Positions 31,681 through 42,585 are shown, counted from the stretch's first letter. The stretch is 64,000 bases of DNA from Sedimentisphaerales bacterium (GCA_963663965.2 CAXXFK010000001.1:192001-256000), one strand, 5' to 3'. Made by a program: numbers and translations. The notes: a model not told the origin generated them from the sequence alone.

Positions 31681-33030
31681 ATGTTGATGAACAAGATGAA
31701 AATGCTGGTAGCAACCGGGATGATGGCGATGGCGGTGAGTTGTTGGGGGGCGGAGGCGCCGTCGGAGTTGACGGGGGCGTTGAACGATGCGGGGCGATGT
31801 GAGGCGTTTATGGACTGGGGGCTGGGGATGTTTGTGCATTGGAGTATGGATTCGCAGCTGGGATGTGTGATCAGTCACAGCATGGTGGGCGCGTCGGAAG
31901 ATTACCTGGAACGGTATCTCCATGAGCTGCCGAAGACATTCGATCCGGATGAGTACGAGCCGGCAAAGTGGATGAAACTCTTCAAGCTGGCGGGGTGCCG
32001 GTATGTGGTCTTTACGACGAAGCATCACAGCGGGTTTTGTATGTGGCCGACAGCGACGACGGATTTCTGTATCCGCAATACGCCCTGTGAACAGGATATC
32101 GTGGGGCGTTATGTGCAGGCGTGCCGGGAGGCGGGATTGATGGTGGGATTTTATTTTTCGCCGGAAGATTTTTATTTTCTGCACGGCCAGGGGCAGGTGA
32201 TCCGGCGGCGGGCGGATTATGCCAATATTTCGCAGAACAAAGCGCTATGGGAGTATGACAAAAAACAGCTGACCGAGCTGCTGACGCAATACGGGCCGAT
32301 CGACGTGATTTTTCTGGATGGATTCGATAACGAGCCGGCGCGGCAATATGTCCATGAACTGCAACCGAAATGCCTGGTGACGCGCGGGGAGATGCATACG
32401 CCGGAACAGAATATTCCGGACGCGCCGATGCCCGGGCCGTGGGAGGCGTGTTATACGCTGGGAACGCAATGGCAGTTTAAACCGACCAACGAAGATTACA
32501 AATCGGGGACAAAATTGATCCAGATGCTGATCGAGATCCGGGCCAAGGGGGGGAACCTGCTGATCAACGCGGGGCCGGAACCGAACGGGCGGATCCCTTA
32601 TGAGCAGGAATGCCGGTTTCGGGAGCTGGGATTGTGGATGTTTGTGAATGGTGAGGCGATCCATGATATCCGGCCCTGCCCGACGATCCGGGAGGGGGAT
32701 CTGTGGTTTACGCGGTCGAAGGATGGCCAGGCGGTTTATGTGTTTATTACGGGGCAGGAGGACTGGACCCGGGGCAGCCGGCGGGAATTCGAGTTGAAAA
32801 CGGTGCGGGCGACCGAGACGACGACCATTGCGGTACTGGGGCAGAACGACAAGGTGGTGGAATATCAGCCGGATCGGGACGCGACCTCACGGTTTAAACA
32901 GCAGGAGGATACGCTGACGATTTCGGTAGTACGCGCCCAGCGGTTGTATAATGACCATCAATGGCCGAATCCGGTGGTGGTGAAGTTGACGAATGTGGAA
33001 TTTGTGAGTGAGGCACAGACGGTGGAATGA
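31681..33030 (+). CDS. alpha-L-fucosidase (GH29), secreted
   Basis: GMFVHW, YVVFTTKHHSGFCMW, IFLDG, GGNLLINAGP, NGEAI motifs; AAGGA before ATG 31681. Confidence 0.92.
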   Translation: MLMNKMKMLVATGMMAMAVSCWGAEAPSELTGALNDAGRCEAFMDWGLGMFVHWSMDSQLGCVISHSMVGASEDYLERYLHELPKTFDPDEYEPAKWMKLFKLAGCRYVVFTTKHHSGFCMWPTATTDFCIRNTPCEQDIVGRYVQACREAGLMVGFYFSPEDFYFLHGQGQVIRRRADYANISQNKALWEYDKKQLTELLTQYGPIDVIFLDGFDNEPARQYVHELQPKCLVTRGEMHTPEQNIPDAPMPGPWEACYTLGTQWQFKPTNEDYKSGTKLIQMLIEIRAKGGNLLINAGPEPNGRIPYEQECRFRELGLWMFVNGEAIHDIRPCPTIREGDLWFTRSKDGQAVYVFITGQEDWTRGSRREFELKTVRATETTTIAVLGQNDKVVEYQPDRDATSRFKQQEDTLTISVVRAQRLYNDHQWPNPVVVKLTNVEFVSEAQTVE

Positions 33031-33038
33031 GTTTATTT

Positions 33039-33075
33039 CACGATAAATCGTGAACTCCATACGAACTCCATACGG
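33039..33075. repeat. REP-like palindrome CACGAT-AA-ATCGTG followed by AACTCCATACG x2
   Basis: Same family and orientation as 31558/31624, with compensated stem changes. Confidence 0.7.
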
Positions 33076-33078
33076 GTG

Positions 33079-34254
33079 TCAGCGCTGGACGCGGGCCCAG
33101 GTGACCTTTTGGCGGCCGGTGAGGAATTTAAGGAAGCCGATGAAGATGGCGAAATTCATGGCGATAAAGTATTTGGGGACGGTGAGGAGTTTGGCGGCGC
33201 CGTGGAAGTCTGGCAGGAGGACACTGGCGAATCCGAAGCAGTAGAAGATGGCCTGGGCCAGCAGGGTACTGCCGTAGAAGGGTTGGCCGGCCAGGATGAT
33301 ATTGCTGGCGAGCATGGCCATGAGGAAGAACGGGACCAGCCAGCGGAGCAGTTTGTGGCTGAAGAAGGCGAAGCTGACGCGGCCGCAGAAGGGATTGAGG
33401 ATGCGCGGGACCAGCAGCAGGGACTGGAAGTTGCCGGCGCTGATGCGGATACGGCGGCGGAGTTCGCCGGACCAGCTGGCGAGCGTTTCGTAGGCAACGG
33501 CGTCTTCGACAAAGACGCAGCGGTGGCCTCGGGTCATGATTTTCATCCCGAGGACCTGGTCTTCGGTGACGGAATTAGCGGGGATGGGTTCGTAAAGTTT
33601 GCGGCGGATGGCGAAGATGCCGCCGTTGATGGTGGGAACGGCGCCGAGTTTGCTTTCCTGGCGTTTGAGGAAGTTTTCGTAGCGCCAGTACATGCCTTCG
33701 GGCCGGCAGGGATGGGATTCATCGGGTCCGGCGATCAGGTCGAGTTTGCCGATGGCGCAGCCGACAGATGGATCACGAAAGCCGCGGATCAGTTTGAGGA
33801 TAGCGTCGGTACGAAAAATGGTATTGGCGTCGGAAAAGATGACGATTTCGCCGTCGGCCATATCGATCATCCAGTTGAGCATCTGGACCTTGCCGCTACG
33901 GACCGGGACATGGATGGTCTTGAAGCGGGGATCGTCGATTTTCTGGAGGATGGGCCAGGTCTGGTCATCGGAACCGTCGGAACCAAAAATAAAGCGGAGT
34001 TTGTCGTGAGGATAATCAATGTTGCGGCAGTTGGCGATTTTTTCAGGCAGGACCTTTTCTTCGTTCCAGGCGCTGACGATCATGGTGACCCTGGGCAGGC
34101 CCTGTTCGGGCCAGGAAGCCATATCATCACTGTGATGATGACGCAATCGATTCAGCGCGGTCAGGAACAGGGGATAAAGAAAATAGGTATAGATTGTCGC
34201 TGACAGGCTCAGCCAGAAGAGGATTCGCCACAGTTCGCTTGTTGTCATGTTCAT
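33079..34254 (-). CDS. GT2 glycosyltransferase (IcaA/CESA-like, membrane)
   Basis: SAWNEE, SDGSDD, FSDAN, TED, RRIRI motifs; TM helices. Confidence 0.92.
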   Translation of the reverse strand: MNMTTSELWRILFWLSLSATIYTYFLYPLFLTALNRLRHHHSDDMASWPEQGLPRVTMIVSAWNEEKVLPEKIANCRNIDYPHDKLRFIFGSDGSDDQTWPILQKIDDPRFKTIHVPVRSGKVQMLNWMIDMADGEIVIFSDANTIFRTDAILKLIRGFRDPSVGCAIGKLDLIAGPDESHPCRPEGMYWRYENFLKRQESKLGAVPTINGGIFAIRRKLYEPIPANSVTEDQVLGMKIMTRGHRCVFVEDAVAYETLASWSGELRRRIRISAGNFQSLLLVPRILNPFCGRVSFAFFSHKLLRWLVPFFLMAMLASNIILAGQPFYGSTLLAQAIFYCFGFASVLLPDFHGAAKLLTVPKYFIAMNFAIFIGFLKFLTGRQKVTWARVQR

Positions 34255-34343
34255 AGGTTCAACCTTAAAAGTAGCGGTTCCACCGCAATGTTCTCAATTC
34301 TCCAAAGATGTTATTAATCGCTAACGCATCACTCCCGATTCAA

Positions 34344-35306
34344 TCATTCAGAAGGAACGGCGGATGGTTTTTTACTGAGCGGTTTTCGACAATAGACTTC
34401 CAGATTACCGGGGATGCAACCGGTGGTTTTATAGACGGCGTTGAAAGCGGCGCCGCAGACTTTTTTCAAGTTGTCACGCATCGAGCCGGTCGATCCGAAT
34501 TCCATGGGAGTCAGGCGGAATTCCAGTGGTTCAAGGCCGGATTCGACGGCGAGTCGGCTGAAGGTTTTCTGGCTGAAAAAAAAGAGGTGCATGGCCGGAC
34601 CGAATGACCATTGGCGACAGCCGGGGATCATGTGGTAAACCGTGGCCTTGAATTTCTGCCAGTTGGCGGAAGGAAACCGCAAAGCCATCATGCCTCCCGG
34701 GCGCAGCCAGGAAACGCAACGCTGGAGAACCGCTTTGGGATCGGTAACGTGTTCGATCACATCAAACGCGGTAATCGCGTCAAAGCTATCGGGCGGCAGG
34801 TCGGTTTCTTCGATGGTTGACTGAAAGATTTCCAGGCCGAAATGGCGATGGGCGTAGGCAGCCGGCTGGGGCGCGGGCTCGATTCCGGCGACATTGAAGC
34901 CCTGCTGCTGAGCCAGTTTCATAAAATGCCCCCCCCCGCAACCGATATCCAGCAGCATGTGGCGATTTTCGGAACCATTGCCATGCAATAACGATTGCAG
35001 GTGTTCGAGCGCGGTCCGAAAGACCGGTTCTTTGGCCCGGGCATGGTCTTCGATATCCTGATCGGTGTAGTCTTCATCCAGCAGATAGACGGCATTGGCG
35101 TCACTCAGGCGGGGATTGGTATAGACCAGACCGCAATGGGAACAACGGACGACCTGGAACTCGAGTTCGGTATCGAAATAGGGCACCCGTTCCCGTTCAT
35201 AAACCTGCGGTTCATCATGGCCGCACAGGTTGCAGGGCACCTGTTCCCATTGAATAGGAGGCGCCGACTGGCTGTTTTTGTGATGCGTTGACAACGAGGT
35301 ATTCAT
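34344..35306 (-). CDS. class I SAM-dependent methyltransferase with N-terminal Zn ribbon
   Basis: CNLC..CSHCGLVYTNPR; LLDIGCGGG; FDVIEHV; LRPGG. Confidence 0.9.
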   Translation of the reverse strand: MNTSLSTHHKNSQSAPPIQWEQVPCNLCGHDEPQVYERERVPYFDTELEFQVVRCSHCGLVYTNPRLSDANAVYLLDEDYTDQDIEDHARAKEPVFRTALEHLQSLLHGNGSENRHMLLDIGCGGGHFMKLAQQQGFNVAGIEPAPQPAAYAHRHFGLEIFQSTIEETDLPPDSFDAITAFDVIEHVTDPKAVLQRCVSWLRPGGMMALRFPSANWQKFKATVYHMIPGCRQWSFGPAMHLFFFSQKTFSRLAVESGLEPLEFRLTPMEFGSTGSMRDNLKKVCGAAFNAVYKTTGCIPGNLEVYCRKPLSKKPSAVPSE

Positions 35307-36766
35307 GACGCACGAACCACCAGGTGACGGGCCAGGTGCAGAAACGCCTTGACATTGCGGCGGGCCTCATGCACACTGGTCAGGGATTGGCCGATTTTTC
35401 GCATAACGTAATTGTTTCGCAGATAGAACACGCGTCGCGCCTGGTCACAGCCGTTCATGACTTCGCGGGCGCTGAGCTGGGGCATATCGATCACGCTGTT
35501 ATGCAGTCCTTTTTCGTTGAGCCAATGCTCAAAGTTGGAAGTATTCAAATAACCGTTATCCACGGCCCACTGATAGGTGAGGGTGCCGGGGTAGGCGATC
35601 ACCGGGAAAAACTGGGCGGTATCAGGATTAAGCTGGATGGCCAGATCGATGGTTTTCTGCATGGTCTGGGTCGTTTCGCCGGGATTGCCCAGTACGAAGC
35701 AGCCATGCACAATCAGGCCGGCCCGGCGGGCATTGGCCATAAAATCGAAAGAGGCCTCCACCTTGGTGCCTTTATGAATGGTATCGAGCAGGGTCTGATC
35801 GCCGCTTTCGAAGCCGACAATCAACAGTCGGCAACCGGCGGCTTTCATCAGCCGCATGGTTTCGTAATCGAGATCGACCCGGGTATCGCACCAGAACGGA
35901 ATCCGGTTGTCCTGGGCAATGAGCAGTTCGCAGATCCGGTGCAGGCGTTGTTTATCACCGGTAAAGAGATCATCTTCAATCCCGATTTCCCGGACCGAGG
36001 GCATATTTTCGCGAACCCAGGCGAATTCTCCGGCGACATTTTCGGGACTGCGCTGGCGATATTTGCCCCGGTGCATCACCTGGGGATAGAGGCACCACTG
36101 GCAGCGGAAGGGGCATCCGCGCGAGGTCATGGTCATGATCATGGGAAAACGTGCCGCGGCAAAAAAGTAGTTGTTGATATTCAGGAAATCGCGATAGATT
36201 TCACTGACAAAAGGCAGGCTGTCGAGATCTTCAATTAAGGGCTGATCGGGAGTGGTAATCAGTTCATCACCGCTGCGAAAGGTAATTCCCCGGACCTGAT
36301 CCCAGGGAGACCCGGTCTGGATTGCCTGGATTAATTCGACCAGGGTACGATCGTATTCACCCCGGGCAACGACATCAATCCGCATATCGGCGTTGAGTAC
36401 TTCACCCGGCAGCGCGGTGGCATGGGTCCCGGTCATGACAACAACACAATCGGGCCAGGCTTCCTTGATGGCTCCGGCCGTTTTGATATCTTCATAAATA
36501 CTGGGAGTCGTGGTTTCACAGACGATCAAGTTGGGTGAAGATCCGTTAGTCAGATAACGGATCAGATCGTCCTGATCCCACTTATGCGCGACGGCATCGA
36601 CCAGTTCGATATCCACCGAATCGGCCAGGCAGTCGCGCGCGTAACCGGCGGCATAGGCCAGCCAGATCGGGTAATAGATCGTTCCGCTGCGCGTGACGGC
36701 GGGAGACCGGCTGCAGCGCGAATAATCCTGTTTTTTGTAAGGTGCATTCAGATATATGGCTCTCAT
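35303..36766 (-). CDS. cobalamin-dependent radical SAM protein (HpnJ-like)
   Basis: RCSRSPA..YYPIWLAYA; CPFRCQWC; EDDLF; GFESG; YPGT; AAGGA before ATG 36766. Confidence 0.9.
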   Translation of the reverse strand: MRAIYLNAPYKKQDYSRCSRSPAVTRSGTIYYPIWLAYAAGYARDCLADSVDIELVDAVAHKWDQDDLIRYLTNGSSPNLIVCETTTPSIYEDIKTAGAIKEAWPDCVVVMTGTHATALPGEVLNADMRIDVVARGEYDRTLVELIQAIQTGSPWDQVRGITFRSGDELITTPDQPLIEDLDSLPFVSEIYRDFLNINNYFFAAARFPMIMTMTSRGCPFRCQWCLYPQVMHRGKYRQRSPENVAGEFAWVRENMPSVREIGIEDDLFTGDKQRLHRICELLIAQDNRIPFWCDTRVDLDYETMRLMKAAGCRLLIVGFESGDQTLLDTIHKGTKVEASFDFMANARRAGLIVHGCFVLGNPGETTQTMQKTIDLAIQLNPDTAQFFPVIAYPGTLTYQWAVDNGYLNTSNFEHWLNEKGLHNSVIDMPQLSAREVMNGCDQARRVFYLRNNYVMRKIGQSLTSVHEARRNVKAFLHLARHLVVRAS

Positions 36767-36791
36767 GGTTTTGTTCCTTTGACGGCATCCA

Positions 36792-38225
36792 TCAGGCAGT
36801 GGCCGGTTTGACTGGCGGGGTTTCCAGCGGCGGGGTCCACCCCCCCTGCCACCAGGGTATCCATAACGCCGGCGCCACCGGCCGGGCCCAGGCACGACTG
36901 CCCGCCACCAGCATACCCAGTATAAACCAGTAATTTAAACCACCGCCGGGCAGGAAATAGGTATTGTTAGCCAGCCAGATAATGAACTGGCCCATCAGCC
37001 CGATCGTACCACCGAGTAAGATCGCCTTGACGCGCGGATTATCGATCGTTCGGACATTTTTAAAGATGTACCAGAACAGCGATAACAGCAGTACAATAAA
37101 ACTCAAAAGTCCCAATGGTCCCAGGCGGCAAAGAATATTCATCCAGTAGGAATTATAGCCGGCCCATACGGTATTGGCAGACTGGATACGGAACGCCCAT
37201 TCCGCGCCGTTGGGATACACCGTGACCATACGCCCGAATCCGCTGCCGAACGGAATAATCTGCATGAGTTGCATAACAATCGCGGGATATTGAAAACGCG
37301 GATCACCGGCAACCCGGGCAAACTTGGGATTAACCGAAACCAGCAGGGTATCCATGACCCCTTGACCGGTCATCACCAACGCCAGCAATAAAACCGGTAT
37401 TGCCAGCAACAACCATCGATTGCGGATACTCAGCAGGATGATTCCCGAGAGAATGAGGCATATCCAGCCGGCACGCGATCCGGTTGCGATAATACAAATT
37501 GTATTCAAGATCAGCAGGGTAAAGCCGATCAGGCGGGTTTTGAAGTCAACGCCCTTCCAGACACTTAACGCCAGAGCGATCGAGCCAAAAACGATCATCT
37601 GTCCGGCCAGTACATTGGGATCACCGTAGGAGGACAGGACCCGGCGGCCGGCAGCCGTATCGACCTGGAGGTAAGACAGCGCCAGATCGGTATTGGAATT
37701 GTAGGTCAGGCCCCGGACCAGAATATGATCGCCCCAATAGATCTGGGCAATGCCATAAACGCTCACCACAGCCGAAGCCAGCAGAAACAGATACATAAAG
37801 GAATCGAAATGATGTTTCTGATCGAAAGATTCGTTGACATAAAAGAAGATGCCAATGGTAAACAGGTAGAAAAAGGTTTCGAGCAGGGCCAGTTGGAACC
37901 CCCCGCCGGAACTCAGGCCGATGACCAGCCCGACGCAGGCAATGGCAGTATAGACCAGGAAAAATTTGCCATAAAATTGATGGCTGCCCCGATGCTGACG
38001 TTTATGGAAAATCAGCCAGTAAAGAATCGCCAGGCAGGCAATGATATGCGCCGCCGGCAAAGGCAGATTCATACTTTTAACGACGATACCGGCGCGCGGG
38101 AATACGAAAAAGAGGGTAGTCATGACCGATAACCAGACCATCAGATTACGGCCCGGATGCAGTACGTGCACCAATCCTACAATCGCCAGCACTCCCAGAA
38201 TCAGAATGATCCAATCAATTACCAT
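36792..38225 (-). CDS. O-antigen ligase/polymerase-family membrane protein
   Basis: About 12 TM helices; SYGDPNVLA, TGSRAGW, GSGFG, NSYW motifs. Confidence 0.85.
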   Translation of the reverse strand: MVIDWIILILGVLAIVGLVHVLHPGRNLMVWLSVMTTLFFVFPRAGIVVKSMNLPLPAAHIIACLAILYWLIFHKRQHRGSHQFYGKFFLVYTAIACVGLVIGLSSGGGFQLALLETFFYLFTIGIFFYVNESFDQKHHFDSFMYLFLLASAVVSVYGIAQIYWGDHILVRGLTYNSNTDLALSYLQVDTAAGRRVLSSYGDPNVLAGQMIVFGSIALALSVWKGVDFKTRLIGFTLLILNTICIIATGSRAGWICLILSGIILLSIRNRWLLLAIPVLLLALVMTGQGVMDTLLVSVNPKFARVAGDPRFQYPAIVMQLMQIIPFGSGFGRMVTVYPNGAEWAFRIQSANTVWAGYNSYWMNILCRLGPLGLLSFIVLLLSLFWYIFKNVRTIDNPRVKAILLGGTIGLMGQFIIWLANNTYFLPGGGLNYWFILGMLVAGSRAWARPVAPALWIPWWQGGWTPPLETPPVKPATA

Positions 38226-38579
38226 TTTCTTAACAACTCATTTATTTGTTGCAGTCCATATAGTTTAACAGGTCACGTCATCTTCACTATCGGTCAGTCC
38301 AGTGGGTGGTTGCAGTGGATTTCTAAAATTCCAGGAGCAAATTCCAAGTTAAAAGAAACCTGTTTCCGGATGGAGTCTGCTTATAGGACGTCGGCGTTGT
38401 TCAGCGGCCTTCAAAATGGGGATTTTGATACTATAAACTTAAAAAACAGTTATCGGCCGCGACTAGAAATGGCTTCGCCGGATAGGATAATTTTTAATTA
38501 AATATCGAATTCAGCGGGAATTCGGGCCGATAAAATCAGTAAACTTGATCGTTTATAACGAATACAGGGATTATCAGTA

Positions 38580-40007
38580 ATGTCATTTGCCTCGCTCGAC
38601 TTCATCATCTTTATTCTGTTATTCTTCATTGCCTGGCCGCATTTGAAGAAACACCGACAGTCTCGGTGGGCGTATCTGACGCTAGCCTCTTTTGTCTTCT
38701 ATGGCTGGTGGGACTGGCGGTTTCTTTTTTTGATAGTGATCAGCGGATTAATTGATTTTTGCGCGGCCCTGGCCATCCGCCGCTGGTATCGCTATCGCAA
38801 AGCCTGGCTGCTGGCGTCACTGGGAGGGAACCTGGGGATATTATTCGCTTTTAAATATCTTGATTTCATCCTGACCAGCCTGCAATCGCTGGCAACTTAT
38901 CTGGGACTACCAATCCATATTGGAACCGTGGGGTGGATCTTACCGGTTGGCATCAGTTTTTATACCTTCCAGTCCATGAGTTATACCATCGATGTTTACC
39001 AGGGGCGCCTGCGACCCACCCGGAATCTGCTGCATTTCTTTGCGTACCTGTCGATGTTTCCGCAACTGGTCGCGGGTCCAATCGTCCGCGCCCGGGACAT
39101 CCTCGATCAACTGCGCGAGCAGCCCCGCACCAGTGAAGCCATCCGGTTCGACGGTTTTCAGCTGATAGTCATGGGCTATTTTAAAAAGGTGGTGATCGCG
39201 GATAATATCGCCCCGATTGTCAATAGCGCCTTCAACGCTACCCACCGCGCGGAGTGTCTGTTCTGGTGGACCATGATCCTGCTGTTCGCGATACAGATCT
39301 ATTGCGATTTCAGCGGCTACAGCGATATCGCCATGGGACTGGCGCTCTGGATGGGTTATCAATTCAAGCCAAACTTCAATCATCCCTATATCTCCGGCAG
39401 TTTCAGTGAATTCTGGACCCGCTGGCATATTTCGCTGTCCAGCTGGTTTCGGGACTATGTGTATATTCCGCTGGGCGGCAACCGTCATGGGACCTGGCAA
39501 ACGCATCGTAACCTGTGGATTGCCATGCTGCTGTCTGGGTTGTGGCATGGAGCGGCCTGGAATTATGTGATCTGGGGTGGGATGCATGCCGCGCTGTTGA
39601 GTTTCGAAAAGGTAACTCACTGGCCCGAGCGGTTAAAGAAACTACCGGGTGGAACCACCTTAAGCATCATACTGGTATTCGCGACAACATTAATTACCTG
39701 GGTTTGCTTTCGAGCCCAGAGTTTTGAACAATGTCTGGCCATCCTGAAATCGATGTTCGCTTTTAATACTATCGAACACTGGAATATCACGTATTATACC
39801 ACACGTCGCAGCCTGGTACTGACTGTCCTGTTACTGGCGCGACACGCCTGGTTTTTGCCTGTGGCAGTCAGCGGCCGGCAACGGTTACCCGAATTGAATC
39901 TGGGGGGTCTGGCCTGGTCGGGAAGACTGGCCTGGACCAGCTTTATTCTATTTACCTGTATTATATTACGAGGACCCGGTAGTGCGTTTATTTATTTTCA
40001 ATTTTAG
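38580..40007 (+). CDS. MBOAT O-acyltransferase (AlgI/DltB-like)
   Basis: LPVGISFYTFQSMSY, FPQLVAGPI, IYCDFSGYSD, FWTRWHISLS, SGLWHGA. Confidence 0.95.
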   Translation: MSFASLDFIIFILLFFIAWPHLKKHRQSRWAYLTLASFVFYGWWDWRFLFLIVISGLIDFCAALAIRRWYRYRKAWLLASLGGNLGILFAFKYLDFILTSLQSLATYLGLPIHIGTVGWILPVGISFYTFQSMSYTIDVYQGRLRPTRNLLHFFAYLSMFPQLVAGPIVRARDILDQLREQPRTSEAIRFDGFQLIVMGYFKKVVIADNIAPIVNSAFNATHRAECLFWWTMILLFAIQIYCDFSGYSDIAMGLALWMGYQFKPNFNHPYISGSFSEFWTRWHISLSSWFRDYVYIPLGGNRHGTWQTHRNLWIAMLLSGLWHGAAWNYVIWGGMHAALLSFEKVTHWPERLKKLPGGTTLSIILVFATTLITWVCFRAQSFEQCLAILKSMFAFNTIEHWNITYYTTRRSLVLTVLLLARHAWFLPVAVSGRQRLPELNLGGLAWSGRLAWTSFILFTCIILRGPGSAFIYFQF

Positions 40008-40041
40008 ACCGCTTAGCATTACGAATTTGACTATTTGAACC

Positions 40042-41058
40042 ATGAACTCAGATATGACGGTCACACCATTAAAAAACAAATTGGATGGTTCCATCACCGA
40101 AAACGACAAGCGCGCTGACCTGGTTGAACAGGCCATTCAATATCCCATTAACCATACTCGGCGGGAAATCCGGTCAAGTGTTCAGACCTTACCGGCGATT
40201 CTGAAAGAAAGAACCATTCTGGTTGTAGCAGGGGCATTATGTCTGTTAACGGTTTTCAATCTGATCCGAGGCAGCCGGGGGGTGTCTTATTATCAGTATC
40301 AAGCCATTCGCAACCGCTGGCAGGGAGTTGCGGATATTGTATTTGCCGGTGATTCCAGAACCCAGTTTTCAGTCTGCCCCCAGGCGGTGCAACAGGGTAT
40401 CACCGCGCGTGCCCTGAATTACGCCTGTGGCGGATTGCAATACAATAGCGCCTATTTTGATAGGCTGCGCCGTATTGTCGACCCCCATTCCTCCATGCGC
40501 CAGATTGTTTTTGGGATTACTCCGGTAAATTTTTTCGCGCAAGAGATGATAGAAGAAGACGCGCCGGTTGCTACTTCACGGATGGAACCCATGCTACATC
40601 GGATCATGCCGGCCTTATTTGAGCTGACCAATCCATTTTTCGCGGCGAAAAACATCTTCCATCCCGATGGCTGGGTGTACAGTCTGGAAAATACCGAAAC
40701 CTTAAGTGGCGTGACCTATTATCGAGATTTTTTATACGCTCACAATCAGGTCTCACAAGCGAAAATCAATCTGTTTCTGGATGAGATTCGCCAAATGGTT
40801 CAAGAGGGGTATCATCCCTGCGCCTATCGCGCGCCGGCATCGGATGAACTTTTCGAGGTCGATACCCGATACAGTGGTTTTAATTATGCCCTTTTCCGGC
40901 AACAGTTTATCGAAGCCGGGGGTCGGTGGCTGGAAGCGCCTCAATCGAGATGGAAAACCATTGACGGCATTCATATGCAAAAAGAGTCGGCAGAATCTTT
41001 TTCCAGGGAATTGGGAAAAATACTGGCTGATCAAGCAACGGACGAAAGATATAACTGA
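40042..41058 (+). CDS. SGNH-like periplasmic acyltransferase partner
   Basis: TM anchor; GDSR and C-terminal DGIH motifs; follows MBOAT. Confidence 0.7.
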   Translation: MNSDMTVTPLKNKLDGSITENDKRADLVEQAIQYPINHTRREIRSSVQTLPAILKERTILVVAGALCLLTVFNLIRGSRGVSYYQYQAIRNRWQGVADIVFAGDSRTQFSVCPQAVQQGITARALNYACGGLQYNSAYFDRLRRIVDPHSSMRQIVFGITPVNFFAQEMIEEDAPVATSRMEPMLHRIMPALFELTNPFFAAKNIFHPDGWVYSLENTETLSGVTYYRDFLYAHNQVSQAKINLFLDEIRQMVQEGYHPCAYRAPASDELFEVDTRYSGFNYALFRQQFIEAGGRWLEAPQSRWKTIDGIHMQKESAESFSRELGKILADQATDERYN

Positions 41059-41177
41059 TTGTTATAACGCCTTTTATCAATTATACGATTTTGTTCAGGA
41101 TTCCTTCTGTATCTTCGCCAGCCTTTTGAAGGCAAGCCGGTTAAGATTGTTCCGGTCTATTACCGATAACTAAAACT

Positions 41178-42167
41178 ATGAAGAATCCATATTTAACCCG
41201 TACGCGTCCCTATCCATTAAAGATGATTGTGGATATCCATTCCTATTGTAACGCGCGCTGTACCATGTGTCCCTATCCCAGGTATGCCCGGATTCAGGAA
41301 CAGGGCGTGATGGCCTGGGATGATTATCGGACGATCATTGACGATCTGGGTATACTGGCTGAGATATACGGCTATACCCCGCTATTGACGTATTGTTATA
41401 TGGGGGAGCCATTCCTGGCGGAAGACCTGGGACGTTATATCCATTATGCCCGTCAGAAAAAGATCAAGGTCTATCTCAATACCAACGCGTCGCCGATGAC
41501 TCCGGCGAAAGTGGATAATCTGCTGAAAAGCGGCTTTGACGGGAAGATCCATATCAGTGTGCATGGCGCGACGCCATCCACCTATGAACGGATCACCGGT
41601 CTCAACTATGAACAGACGTTACATCATATCCAGTATTTATTAAGCAAATATGATCGGGGCAAGGTGGTTATCCGGGGTGTCAATGACGGCTGGCCGGTGG
41701 AGGAAGTGACCCGCTGGCATGAGATCTGGGAGCCCAAAGGGGTCCAGGTGGAATATCTCAAGCCGATCAGCCGCTGTGGTTCGGTTAAACGTTTGTTTCA
41801 TGGGGCATCCGATGCCCAGGGAGCAATTCGTCTGTATGGCTGTAAATTTAATCATCCTTTGGTGGAAATGGTGGTCTTGTTCAACGGTCAGGCCGTAATG
41901 TGCTGTCAGGATATGGGGCGGGAAGTAAACTGGGGTAATGTTCTGGTCGATGGCATCGAAGCGGTCTGGAACGGCCCAATCCGCCGCCGGCTGGTGGAGA
42001 AACTGTATAACGGCGAGTTGATCGAAGGGGATTTTATCTGTCGCCGGTGCGAGCAGGCCCTTCACCTGGCAGGTATGGTACAAAATATTTTCAGCGATTC
42101 CATGCGTAAAACCGGTCAGATTGCCCGTCGCACGGTTAGATCTCTGGTCAATCACAACCCTGAGTAA
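41178..42167 (+). CDS. radical SAM/SPASM domain protein
   Basis: CNARCTMC; C-terminal C..G...CC.D..GN..C..C. Confidence 0.9.
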   Translation: MKNPYLTRTRPYPLKMIVDIHSYCNARCTMCPYPRYARIQEQGVMAWDDYRTIIDDLGILAEIYGYTPLLTYCYMGEPFLAEDLGRYIHYARQKKIKVYLNTNASPMTPAKVDNLLKSGFDGKIHISVHGATPSTYERITGLNYEQTLHHIQYLLSKYDRGKVVIRGVNDGWPVEEVTRWHEIWEPKGVQVEYLKPISRCGSVKRLFHGASDAQGAIRLYGCKFNHPLVEMVVLFNGQAVMCCQDMGREVNWGNVLVDGIEAVWNGPIRRRLVEKLYNGELIEGDFICRRCEQALHLAGMVQNIFSDSMRKTGQIARRTVRSLVNHNPE

Positions 42168-42585
42168 CACTACATTGTCTTTAGCGGCCGCGCCAGTCTC
42201 TTACTTACGAGGCGGTGTATAAACCCGATTGAAATGCCATAGATAACTATCCGGATACATTCTGAAAATATCAAAAACCAACTGTGTCTGAAAATCGAAA
42301 CCGGTCTCGACGATATGATATTAATACGGCTGATTTCCTGATTGTCAAAATAATTATACTTTAAATATCGTCTTTGAGTTTTAACCGGCTAATTTACCAA
42401 ATATTTTTTGAGACCGGGCTTACCCACACCCGGCAACCGTATTTATTGTTATGGTAACTGCCAGGCAATAAGTTAAGACATAGCATTTAATCATGTTATG
42501 AACAAATCAAGTTGGTTGGTTTCTAATTGAAAGCTAATGAGCTTATGCTATTTTTTGCATAGCAATCAGGTAAAATGTAATGTGG

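Noticed and set aside
33076..34203. 375-aa + strand ORF
   Set aside because: Antisense shadow of the GT2 gene caused by its C-ending codon bias.
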